DNA of 33,654 nucleotides from Octopus bimaculoides (GCF_001194135.2 NC_068984.1:17739204-17772857), one strand, 5' to 3'; shown: positions 10,544-20,747, numbered from the stretch's first letter. Notes: generated by a model from the letters alone, not told the origin. A program made the numbers and translations.

Positions 10544-10562
10544 TACTACCGCTACCACCACC

Positions 10563-10593
<31 letters not shown>

Positions 10594-10603
10594 TTGCTGC
10601 TGC
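10461..10603. repeat. (CTA)n/(CCA)n/(CTG)n microsatellite mosaic
   Basis: Directly visible. Confidence 0.95.
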
Positions 10604-10604
10604 T

Positions 10605-10735
10605 GGAGGCTCTTTATGCAGGTGTTCATCATGCAAGAAATAGCAGCTGAAACTCACTCACATGACAGACTTCAGTATCATAGAAACAGGAAGGACACAT
10701 TAGATAATGTTGTCATCGATACATAGTCCTACATC
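10605..10735 (-). mobile_element. Unclassified dispersed repeat (family E); related copies at about 20150-20390 and 23270-23440 on +
   Basis: Shared degraded motifs ACATTATC(C/T)AATGTGTCC..., GCTATTTCT(A/T)GCA and AGACCTAT(G/T)(A/G)TCAAAG. Confidence 0.5.
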
Positions 10736-10910
10736 TAAGAAGGAAGGAAGGAAGGAAAAGCTGGGACGGTTAAGAATGGAAACCTTTGAAAGTAGGACGC
10801 CTGGATCAAGGTTGAATACAAGCTAAAAAAAACTACTACCGCTGCTACTACTATTACTATCATCATCGCTACAACTGCTACTACTACCACCGCTACCACC
10901 ACCACCACTA

Positions 10911-11320
10911 TGGCTGTGTGGTAAGTAGCTTGCTTACCAACCACATGGTTCTGGGTTCAGTCCCGCTGCGTGGCACCTTGGGCAAGTGTCTTCTACTATA
11001 GCCTCGGGTCGACCAAAGCCTTGTGAGTGAATTTGCTAGACGGAAACAAAAAGAAGCCCGTCGTATATATGTATATATATGTATATGTATATATATATGT
11101 ATGTATGTTTGTGTGTCTGTGTTTGTCTCCCCAACATCACTTGACAACCGATGATGGTGTGCTTACATCCCCGTAACTTAGCGGTTTGGCAAAAGAGACC
11201 GATAGAATAAGTACTAGGCTCACAAACAATAAGTCCTGGGGTCGATTTGCTCGACTAAAGGCAGCGCTCCAGCATGGCCGCAGTCAAATGACTGAAACAA
11301 GTAAAAGAGTAAAAGAGTAA
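10911..11320 (+). mobile_element. Family-B composite tRNA-SINE (tRNA head, CORE-like segment, internal (TA/TG)n, Nin-like second half, (AGTAAAAG)n tail)
   Basis: A box TGGCTGTGTGG at 10911-10921, B box GGTTCAGTCCC at 10954-10964, CCTTGGGCAAGT motif. Near-identical copy at 24117-24525. Confidence 0.9.
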
Positions 11321-11413
11321 ATATGTAAACCTCCACACCTTATGTCTGTCTCTGTATTGTTCCTCTCATTCTCCGCCCTGGTGGCAAATAAATGAAATCA
11401 TTATCATTATTAT

Positions 11414-11818
11414 ATGTTTGACTTTTGCTTTACATTTGTACCAGTTGGTTCCAAGTCTCACCCAGAGACCTCAAGAGACAACAAATTAGAAGTTCATGTT
11501 GGTATTATGCCTAGGGTGCCATGTATTTGGTTTTGTTCATAGTCTTGTTCTTGAGAATGTTTAAGAAACCATAAGAAAATTATGTGTTTGTTTTAAAATT
11601 TGAGATTACATAGACAGTATTTTACATAGGATAAGAGCAGTTCTCATGAGCACTATCTTTTGAATTTCTGCCATTTTGGGGTTTCCTGATATCTGAGTTA
11701 GGTAGCAAACAGCCCCCTTTTGCTATCATTCCTAGGGCACCTATGACAACAGGTATTATTTTAGTCTTCAGGTTCCACATTTTGCTAATTTCTATTTCAA
11801 GATCTTTATACTTGCTCA

Positions 11819-11819
<1 letters not shown>
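11414..11819 (-). mobile_element. R4/Dong-type non-LTR retrotransposon 3' fragment (end of restriction-like endonuclease domain plus 3' UTR) in (TAA)n
   Basis: 11819-11606 translates LSKYKDLEIEISKMWNLKTKIIPVVIGALGMIAKG, then a +1 shift in a G5 run, then AVCYLTQISGNPKMAEIQKIVLMRTALILCKILSM*. TAA repeats on both sides. Confidence 0.85.

Positions 11820-11820
<1 letters not shown>

Positions 11821-11880
<60 letters not shown>
11821..11880. repeat. (TAT)20 microsatellite
   Basis: Directly visible. Confidence 0.98.
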
Positions 11881-11881
<1 letters not shown>

Positions 11882-12071
11882 AAAGACAGCGAGCTGGCAA
11901 ATTCGTTAACACACCTATACCACTATGTTCTGAGTTCAAATTCTACCAAGGTCGACTTTGCGTTTCATCCTTTCAGGGCCGGTAAATTAAGTGCCAGTGA
12001 AACACTGGGGTTCAATGTAATTGACTAGCCCTTCCCCCAAGTTTCAGGCCTTGTGCTTTTAGAAAGGATTA

Positions 12072-12124
<53 letters not shown>
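11882..12124 (+). mobile_element. Nin/Deu-domain SINE with (ATT)n tail
   Basis: GTTCTGAGTTCAAATTCTACCAAGGTCGACTTTGCGTTTCATCCTTTCAGGG...AAATTAAGTGCCAG...GGCCTTGTG, then (ATT)n. Confidence 0.85.
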
Positions 12125-12127
<3 letters not shown>

Positions 12128-12519
12128 CAGTAAAAGTTACAGAAGGGACTCAAATTCTTTAAGCTTCTTGCACAACCACTAATAATTTATACACACACAC
12201 ACACACACATATATACACATGTATAAATAGACATTTACACACATACATACACACATGCACATATGCACAGACACTGGGAAGGAAAGCAGTGGGGAAAAGG
12301 GTGAGGGCATGCGTTTAAATGAAAGACAGAAAGAAGAAAAAGATAAAAAGAAAGAAAGAAAGAAAGAACCAATATATGACATTCGTAAATATGCTGACAG
12401 AATCCTCTGATCCAATATTTTCCATCATCTTCCTTTTATCTTTTCCTCCACCTCCTCCCCCCTTCCTCTTATCGTCACCCCCCTTCACTCTTCCTTCTCG
12501 TCAATATCGTCACCAGCAT

Positions 12520-12571
12520 CAACTTCAGCAGTAACAGCAGCACCAGACGCAGTTACAACAAGGTGGTAGTA

Positions 12572-12605
<34 letters not shown>

Positions 12606-12897
12606 CACGGTGGTGGTACTAGTGGTGGTGGTGGTTGTGGTGGTTATAGTATCACTTGCCGTCATTGTTGCTGTTGTTGTTGTTGCTGTAGTGGTGGTTG
12701 TACTGGTGGTTGTGTTGGTAATGGCAGTAGTAGTGTAGTCATAGCAGTAGTACTGGTGATGGTTATGGAGGTAGTAGTAAGAGCAGTAGTAGTAGTAGGA
12801 GGAGGAGGAGGAGGAGGAGGAGGAGCAGTGGCAGCAGTGGTGTAGAGGTGGAGGTCGTGGTAGTAGTAGTAGTGGTAGTGGTGATGGCGGTGGTGTA

Positions 12898-12938
<41 letters not shown>

Positions 12939-14085
12939 CACGGTGGTGGTACTAGTGGTGGTGGTGGTTGTGGTGGTTATAGTATCACTTGCCGTCATTG
13001 TTGCTGTTGTTGTTGTTGCTGTAGTGGTGGTTGTACTGGTGGTTGTGTTGGTAATGGCAGTAGTAGTGTAGTCATAGCAGTAGTACTGGTGATGGTTATG
13101 GAGGTAGTAGTANNNNNNNNNNNNNNNNNNNNNNNNNNNNNNNNNNNNNNNNNNNNNNNNNNNNNNNNNNNNNNNNNNNNNNNNNNNNNNNNNNNNNNNN
13201 NNNNNNNNNNNNNNNNNNNNNNNNNNNNNNNNNNNNNNNNNNNNNNNNNNNNNNNNNNNNNNNNNNNNNNNNNNNNNNNNNNNNNNNNNNNNNNNNNNNN
13301 NNNNNNNNNNNNNNNNNNNNNNNNNNNNNNNNNNNNNNNNNNNNNNNNNNNNNNNNNNNNNNNNNNNNNNNNNNNNNNNNNNNNNNNNNNNNNNNNNNNN
13401 NNNNNNNNNNNNNNNNNNNNNNNNNNNNNNNNNNNNNNNNNNNNNNNNNNNNNNNNNNNNNNNNNNNNNNNNNNNNNNNNNNNNNNNNNNNNNNNNNNNN
13501 NNNNNNNNNNNNNNNNNNNNNNNNNNNNNNNNNNNNNNNNNNNNNNNNNNNNNNNNNNNNNNNNNNNNNNNNNNNNNNNNNNNNNNNNNNNNNNNNNNNN
13601 NNNNNNNNNNNNNNNNNNNNNNNNNNNNNNNNNNNNNNNNNNNNNNNNNNNNNNNNNNNNNNNNNNNNNNNNNNNNNNNNNNNNNNNNNNNNNNNNNNNN
13701 NNNNNNNNNNNNNNNNNNNNNNNNNNNNNNNNNNNNNNNNNNNNNNNNNNNNNNNNNNNNNGTTGCAATAGTGGTGGTGGTGATAGTGGTGACAACAGTA
13801 GTGGCAGTAGTTGTGGTGGTGGTGGTGGTGGTGGTGGTGGTGGTGGTGGTGGCAGTGGTTGTGATGGTAGTCAGAGTGGTGCTACTTGTGGTGGTGGTGC
13901 TGCTATTAATACTGCTACTGCTTCTAGCAGTGGCATTGTTGTTGTAATTGTCGTAGTGGTGTTGGTGTTGGTGTGGTGGTAGTGATGGAGATAGTGATAG
14001 TGGTGATGATTTGGTGGTAGCTGTAACGAGGATGGTGATAATGATGATAACAATGATGATGATGATGATGATGATGATGATAAAT
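12520..14085. repeat. Complex GTA/GTG/GTT/GAT trinucleotide tract with an identical ~205-bp tandem duplication (about 12575-12779 and 12910-13112) and an N-gap at 13113-13761
   Basis: Directly visible. Confidence 0.9.
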
Positions 14086-14120
14086 ATATATTAATAATAT
14101 TAATAATATTAATAATAATA

Positions 14121-14649
14121 GTTGGCTCTCATGGCTTCTGATCTTAACTGATTGGAAGTGATATCATGTACATTTTCTTGTCTTGGTATAAATATTCTGC
14201 TCAATACCACAAATTTGCTTGCTAGTTGTTTGACCTTAGCCAGTTGAGCATGCCCCTTAGTGGCTGATGATATGTACATCTCTGATCATGAGCAGAAGTA
14301 GTGGGGGAACATCATAGCCATGTGTTGAGAGGAATTCTTTGGGGGTTTGGATAATTCACCTCTGGAAACATGGTTGTTTCGTTCATCATCCTGAAGCAAA
14401 CCTTATTCAGGTAACTTTTGAACAAGATGGGCTACTCAACCTGAAGATAATTCTAACTGGGCCCCCACCTGCAAGGTCATGTGTTGCTTATCTTGATATG
14501 AGATCACCAGGCCATGCACATATGAGTGTGATGCATGTGCCTGATCTACCCTTATCAGACGGGTAGTCATGATGGGTATATTGGTCTTCATCTATTTTTA
14601 TCCTAGAGTCATTTTGATGGTGTGTGCTGCTCTCTCACTCAACAATAAT
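14121..14649 (+). mobile_element. Unclassified retroposon-like repeat (family D) ending CTGCTCTCTCACTCAA(C/T)AATAAT
   Basis: Homologous to 15574-15961. Both copies share the 3' end and differ in 5' start. AAT-rich flanks. Confidence 0.7.
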
Positions 14650-14717
14650 CTTTACCTTATTTTCCACAAGAACTCAAAGAGATGCAATATATATATATCC
14701 AATATATATATTTACAT

Positions 14718-15156
14718 GGAGGCGCAATGGCTCAGTGGTTAGGGCAGCGGACTCACGGTCATAGGATCGCGGTTTCAATTCCCAGACCAGGCGCTGTCAG
14801 TGTTTATTGAGCGAAAACACCTAAAGCTCCACGAGGCTCCAGCAGGGGATGGTGGCGAACCCTGCTGTACTCTTTCACCACAACTTTCTCTTACTTNNNN
14901 NNNNNNTGGCGAACCCTGCTGTACTCTTTCACCACAACTTTCTCTTACTTCCTGTTTCTGTTGTGCCTGTAATTCAAAGAGTCAGCCTTGTCACACTGTG
15001 TCACGCTGAATCTCCCCGAGAACTATGTTAAGAGTACACATGTCTGTGGAGTGCTCAGCCACTTGCACATTAATTTCACGAGCAGGCTGTTCTGTTGATC
15101 GGATCAAATGGAACGCTCGACGTCGTAAGCGACGGAGTGCCAACAACAACAACAAC
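14718..15156 (+). mobile_element. Family-C tRNA-derived SINE, full length, (CAA)n tail, 10-bp target-site duplication
   Basis: A box TGGCTCAGTGG at 14728-14738; B-box-like GGTTTCAATTCCC at 14771-14783; ATATTTACAT at 14708-14717 and 15157-15166. Confidence 0.92.
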
Positions 15157-15384
15157 ATATTTACATATACCACCCCAATATTAACCTCCACATATATTGT
15201 ACCCCTCTACACACCACATGCACACATAAAGGCCTCACGAATTTAACCAGTACATAAAAGAGAGGAAACATTAATGAACGCAGATGTGTATGCCCCTCCC
15301 CCGCAAAGGTAATACATATAGTACCACTACACAAATTCCGTTTCCAAAAAAACACCAACCTTAAAGACACCCACATTTCCCACA

Positions 15385-15570
15385 AACTTTTCCAGAAAAC
15401 TCTTTCATCTTGCAACAAAACCACCCCCAGCTTCAGTATTCTGGTACCAAAGGACATAAACTATTAACTCAGTCCCCTGTTCAATTCATTTCAGCATCTA
15501 TTTCACAGCAACCACAAACCACATGTGTCTATTCACCTTCAGCAATTGAGATCATTCACCATATTTTATT
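15385..15570 (+). repeat. Unclassified dispersed repeat (family F); second copy at about 31935-32095
   Basis: Shared TTTTCCAGAAAACTCTT, TACCAA(A/G)GGACATAA, CCCCTG(T/C)T and CACCATATTT. Confidence 0.6.
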
Positions 15571-15573
15571 TTA

Positions 15574-15961
15574 CTTAACCAGTTGAGCATGTCCTGTGGT
15601 GCCTGACAATATGTGCATCTCTGATCATGAGCAGAAGTAGTGGGGAAGCATCATAGCTATGTGTTGAGAGAACTTCTTTGGAGTTTGAATAATTCACCTT
15701 TGGAAATATGGGTGTTTCGTTCATTATCCTTAAATAACCGTTATTCATGGACTGCTTGAGTAGGATGGGGTACTCGACCTGAAGAAAATTCTAACTGGGC
15801 CCCATCTACAAGGTCATGTTCTGTTTATCTTGATATGAGATCACCATGTCGTGTACATATGGTTGTGATGCATGTGCCTGGTGTACCCTTATCAGATGGG
15901 TAGTCATGATGGGTGTAATGGGCTTTGTATATTTTGCCCTGGTGCCACTGCTCTCTCACTC
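15574..15961 (+). mobile_element. Family-D repeat, second and more truncated copy, followed by (AAT)13
   Basis: CCAGTTGAGCATG...CCCTTATCAGATGGGTAGTCATGATGGG...CTGCTCTCTCACTC. Confidence 0.7.
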
Positions 15962-16002
<41 letters not shown>

Positions 16003-16008
16003 TAACAG

Positions 16009-16295
16009 ATCTTTAGGAATGATAAAAAAAGGTACTGAAACCTATTTGAAAATGATACCAGGCTTACCATCCTTACAGGAAGTTCAAAAAATCGTGTTAA
16101 CTGGAATGACTCATGTACTGAGAAGAGCATTATCGCTTTGAAAACAACATCCATTCATGAATTTATTTATTTATTATTTTTTTTTTAAATACATATTTTA
16201 CCTGTGAATTTGCGTGTGTAAAGTGGGATTGCATATAATGAGCTTCTCAGCGAGAAATGGAAGAAAATTTGAAGAAAGAAGAAAGAAAACACAAC
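16009..16295 (+). mobile_element. R4/Dong-type 3' fragment (second family) between two (AAT)n tracts
   Basis: 16013-16141 translates LGMIKKGTETYLKMIPGLPSLQEVQKIVLTGMTHVLRRALSL*, which aligns with the 11606-11819 peptide. The 3' UTR is different. Confidence 0.8.
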
Positions 16296-16308
16296 AATAA
16301 TAATAATG

Positions 16309-16342
<34 letters not shown>

Positions 16343-16689
16343 GGATTACTTTTTTAACCACAGTGGCCCCAAGACTGTGGGATCAATACAAAGGTGAAGT
16401 ACATAGGAAAACAACAAACAACCAACAAATTGCAAGGGATTTACAATGAGTTAAAAGAATGAGATGAACTTTAACACTAAAACATAATGATATTAATAAC
16501 AATAATAACAACATACTGTAACAATATAGAATAAGAGTATAGATAAACATTATAAGAATAAGAAAAAAATGAATGGAGCAACCCTTGCAGTGATTTCTTG
16601 AGATACTTGACAGTCAACCCTGGGTTACTGCAAAGACAAGGGCCCTTTCTCAGCACAGGTTGTTTAGTATGGTGCCATTTGGCTATACC

Positions 16690-16923
16690 AAAAGGAGGCG
16701 GTGGAGGAAGAGGAAAAGCAGAAGGAAGAGGAGGGGGAGGAGAAGAAGGAGGAGAGAGAAGAAGAAGAAGGAGGAGGAGGAGGAGGAGGAGGAGAAGAAT
16801 AAGAAGGAAGAGAAGGAGAAGAAGGAAGAGAAGGAGAAGAAGAAGAAGAAGAAGAAGAAGAAGAAGAAGAAGAAGAAGAAGAAGGAAGAGAAGGAGAAGA
16901 AAAAAAGGAGGAGGAAGAAGAAG
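16690..16923. repeat. (GAA)n/(GGA)n tract running into N-gap 16924-17656
   Basis: Directly visible. Confidence 0.95.
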
Positions 16924-17844
16924 NNNNNNNNNNNNNNNNNNNNNNNNNNNNNNNNNNNNNNNNNNNNNNNNNNNNNNNNNNNNNNNNNNNNNNNNNNNNN
17001 NNNNNNNNNNNNNNNNNNNNNNNNNNNNNNNNNNNNNNNNNNNNNNNNNNNNNNNNNNNNNNNNNNNNNNNNNNNNNNNNNNNNNNNNNNNNNNNNNNNN
17101 NNNNNNNNNNNNNNNNNNNNNNNNNNNNNNNNNNNNNNNNNNNNNNNNNNNNNNNNNNNNNNNNNNNNNNNNNNNNNNNNNNNNNNNNNNNNNNNNNNNN
17201 NNNNNNNNNNNNNNNNNNNNNNNNNNNNNNNNNNNNNNNNNNNNNNNNNNNNNNNNNNNNNNNNNNNNNNNNNNNNNNNNNNNNNNNNNNNNNNNNNNNN
17301 NNNNNNNNNNNNNNNNNNNNNNNNNNNNNNNNNNNNNNNNNNNNNNNNNNNNNNNNNNNNNNNNNNNNNNNNNNNNNNNNNNNNNNNNNNNNNNNNNNNN
17401 NNNNNNNNNNNNNNNNNNNNNNNNNNNNNNNNNNNNNNNNNNNNNNNNNNNNNNNNNNNNNNNNNNNNNNNNNNNNNNNNNNNNNNNNNNNNNNNNNNNN
17501 NNNNNNNNNNNNNNNNNNNNNNNNNNNNNNNNNNNNNNNNNNNNNNNNNNNNNNNNNNNNNNNNNNNNNNNNNNNNNNNNNNNNNNNNNNNNNNNNNNNN
17601 NNNNNNNNNNNNNNNNNNNNNNNNNNNNNNNNNNNNNNNNNNNNNNNNNNNNNNNNACTCATCTAGGAAGCTACTTAGAATCTCTTTGCCACTGTCTAGA
17701 AATGGTCCATTGTAATGTGAATAAAAACTACTTATTTAGTTCAAAAGCTTCCTCTGTGAAGCCATCTTCTCTTTTGTTCTCCAAGTAAAAAGAATTTACG
17801 TTGATTTTTTTTTTCCTTTTTCCTTTTTTGCGAAAGAAAATATC

Positions 17845-18160
17845 TGTTTTGTTTCACTCATTGGATTGCAGCCATGCCGGGACACCACCTTGAATAAATT
17901 TTAGTCAAGCGAATTGACCCTAGCAGTTTTTTTTTTTAAGCCTGGTACTTACTTATCTTTTACTTGTTTCAGTCATTGGACTGTGGCCATGCTGGGGCAC
18001 CACTTTGAAAGGGCTAGTCAAACTAATCAACCCTTATTCTTATTTTAAAGTCTGATACTTATTTTATCGGTCTCTTTGCCAAACTGCCAAGTTACAGGGA
18101 TGTAAACAAACCAGCACTGGTATGGAAGTGGGACAAGCTCAAAGATACACACACACATAA
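17845..18160 (-). mobile_element. Two tandem degraded copies of the 3' half of the family-B SINE
   Basis: TCTTTTACTTGTTTCAGTCATTGGACTGTGGCCATGCTGG and TATCGGTCTCTTTGCCAAAC are reverse complements of 11150-11320 motifs. Confidence 0.75.
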
Positions 18161-18210
18161 ACAAACATTTAGATGAGTTCAAATATTTTAATTTATACAT
18201 TTGATGTGTC

Positions 18211-18273
18211 CAAAAGCCGTATTCACTGCTAATTTACTGTGGGGAACCCTTCTCGCAGTGAATATGGCCTTTG
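18211..18273. other. Hairpin, 19-bp stem (one mismatch, one G-U) with 25-nt loop; pre-miRNA-like geometry
   Basis: CAAAAGCCGTATTCACTGC pairs with GCAGTGAATATGGCCTTTG. The structure is certain; any function is unproven. Confidence 0.4.
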
Positions 18274-18506
18274 TACCACACACGTTCAAAGCTTATTTGA
18301 ACAGATCTAAGCATTTGTTTATTGACACACCTGCACTTGTTGGATAATTAAGATGAAATAGGATGAGATTGACCTAATCTGAATCCTTTTTGTCATAAGT
18401 CTGTTGAATCTTGGGAACTAAACCACATCAATATCAGGTATCTTAGATGACCTTAACAGAGTCAATTCCATTGTAAATAACCACTTTTGATTTGAGGATA
18501 CTCTTC

Positions 18507-18818
18507 TGTGTTGCTGCCATATAAAAAGCACCATAAAAAAGGTACCCCTGCTGGTGCCACATAAAAGAGCACCCATGGTGGCACCATGTAAAAGGCACCT
18601 GTGCTGGTTTCATGTATAAACTACCCATGCCAGTGTCACATGTACAGCACCCTGTACACTCTGTAAAGTGGTTGGCATTAAGAAGGGTATCCAGCCATGG
18701 GAACCATGCCAAAACTGACAGATGGAGCCTGGTGTAGCTCTAAGGCTTGCCAGTTCTTGTCAAACTGTCCAACCCATACCAGCATGGAAAACAGGTGTTT
18801 TTGTTGGTGATGATGATA
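18507..18818 (+). mobile_element. Family-A SINE with 5-6 internal ~25-nt units
   Basis: Repeated (T/A)TG(C/G)TGGTG..CATGTAAAAGGCACC, then GGCATTAAGAAGGGTATCCAGCC and the family tail. Confidence 0.85.
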
Positions 18819-18825
18819 ACTTCTA

Positions 18826-18895
18826 GGTTTTCCTTTTACTGGCTCCAAAAAGATGAAAGACAAAGTTGACCTCGGTGGGATTTGAACTCAGAGCC
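18826..18895 (-). mobile_element. Nin-domain SINE fragment
   Basis: AAGATGAAAGACAAAGTTGACCTCGGTGGGATTTGAACTCAGA matches 7470-7510. Confidence 0.7.
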
Positions 18896-19629
18896 TGCTC
18901 TCCCACCAATCATGGAGGCTCTGTAATGATTCATGGGCATTGCCATCCCACTTAACAAAAAGCTAAGAGGACAAAATCGCATATTCAGAAAGGGTGGCNN
19001 NNNNNNNNNGGGGGGGGGGGGGGTTATTATTTGTTCTCTTTGATCCTGTCGCCTACAAATTTCTGCATTAGAATTTTATGTCTATAAATAATTTTATCCT
19101 AATTAATGTGGAACAAGTCTTGTCATCATTTCATCAGCTTGTGACAGGATGGAGACGAACATGAACCTGAACAAAGAGAAACAGAGAGAAGAGACAGACA
19201 GACAGACACACACACAGTGAGAGAGATTAAGTGAGAAAGGAAGGGAGAGAAAGCAAAAGAGAGAGAATTGTGTAATCACCAAGGTGATAGTTGTCATTGA
19301 CAACAAAACAACAGATGAATTGTTAATGGCTCTGAACAACTTAAAATTGTTCTACCTCAGAAATATTTCATAAAGTCTCACTAATGACCTGAGCAATTAG
19401 GAAATATTTCCTATATCAAGTTATTTGATCACAAGTGAGTCAACTTTAGATGAATTCAGTTTTTTTTGTTTTGTTTTTTTCTGGCCTGTCCTCAGAACAT
19501 CCAGTATTGGTAACTCTATGGCTTACTGAAGAGGTCTAATAAAGCTGGTATATGTCTTGAGTTGTCATTGTACTAACAAGCATCAGACACAAACACACTC
19601 CCCACTCCATGTTCTATTTGATAGTTCAT

Positions 19630-19787
19630 TAAGGTGGTGAGATGGCTGAATTGCTTTGTGACATTTTATCTATCAGGTTCTGAGTTCAAATACTGCCAAG
19701 GTCAACATTGCCTTTCATCCTTTCAGGGTCAATAAAATAGATACCAGCTGAACACTGGGGTCGATCTAATCAACTTCCCCTCACCCA
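19630..19787 (+). mobile_element. Nin/Deu-domain SINE lacking its usual tail
   Basis: GTTCTGAGTTCAAATAC..GCCTTTCATCCTTTCAGGGTCAATAAAAT..CTGGGGTCGATCTAATC. Confidence 0.8.
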
Positions 19788-19910
19788 GGTTCGAAATTTC
19801 CCCAAGACACCTGACAAAGGCTGGAGGGTATATCAGCCGAAACATTGTGTTAACAACAAACAAGATGAGGACAAATATCCGTCGAATGTAAATAATGCAA
19901 ATAATGTACA
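19788..19910 (+). mobile_element. Probable Penelope-like element terminal fragment
   Basis: Contains a minimal type I hammerhead motif of the kind carried by PLE termini; ends in AATGTAAATAATG-type repeats. No RT or GIY-YIG sequence seen. Confidence 0.55.
19807..19850 (+). ncRNA. Decayed minimal type I hammerhead ribozyme
   Basis: Stem I ACAC/GTGT; core CTGACAA (consensus CUGANGA); extra A; stem II GGCTG/CAGCC; GAAAC; ATT in place of GUH. Confidence 0.7.
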
Positions 19911-20747
19911 GTAATCTTTGTTCTAACACAACCTTTGCATAAGGTTGGATATCATGTTTACTTTTAGTATTAATACTGTTTTTGTTGTTATCAATTATTA
20001 AGTATGGCGTCACTTTGTTAAACTAGACTCTTCAAGACAATACCTTAGCATGGCCACAGTCCAATGAGAGAATTAAGTGAAAAATAAAAGAAGAAAAGAC
20101 AGATCAGTATGATTTCCTTGGCATTTGTGAACAGCCCATAAACCCTTATTTGATTCAGGGCATCTATACTGTGTAGTTCAAGACCAGTCCAGCTAAAGTA
20201 GACCTATTGTCAAAGACATCCCTGTCATGACCATTCCATCTTTTTTACCTTTGTTGATTTTGTTGTCTTTCAGACAGAAATTATTATCCAAAGCATCGTT
20301 TCCTTTTTAAGATGTTGGGTACTATCATTGAGATGTTTAGGTTACTATTTTTAGCAGGTCAAGCAACCACATAACATCTGCCTCTCATTGGCTCATTTTA
20401 ATGTGATGTATCTTTCTCTCCTATTATAAGTTGTACAATATCTAGAGTGGTTAATAGGAATATTAAACTCTCCTGCTAATCTCCTGTTCTGGATAGATCT
20501 AATCTTAGGTCAAACACCTCAATACTGTGAAAACATAAAAAAAGAATTTGGTAGTTCATATCAGAATCCTTTAATTGGTTATATCTAAAATAGCATGTCG
20601 TAGGTGGTTGAGTCATTTACAGTGCAAACTTATCAGTTACACTTTTAGCCTGTATCCTGTCACTGATAAATGACAGTCTGTCTTTACCAAAGACACTGAT
20701 CAACCAGTTCATCAAGCTGTAAATAGATTAGCATAGAGTACATAGGT

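Noticed and set aside
12525-13982. Thr-rich, mucin-like ORFs and the identical ~205-bp tandem duplication
   Set aside because: These are translations of trinucleotide microsatellites. The duplicate is identical and ends at an N-gap, typical of assembly overlap.
14262-14300. CTGATGA in family D as a hammerhead core
   Set aside because: No stem II followed by GAAA, and the second copy reads CTGACAA with no compensating structure.
14718-14790. tRNA genes at SINE heads (also 10911, 24117 and 27713)
   Set aside because: A and B boxes are present but there is no acceptor stem or complete cloverleaf, and they continue into SINE bodies.
16598-17788. 330-400 aa Lys/Glu/Arg-rich ORFs (likewise 28042-29592 and 30593-31217)
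   Set aside because: They are open only because of simple repeats and long N runs.
19497-19534. Possible micro-exon after a long pyrimidine tract; GTGAGT/GTAAGT donor-like sites at about 30419 and 30455
   Set aside because: Splice-like motifs alone cannot support a gene model without transcript evidence.
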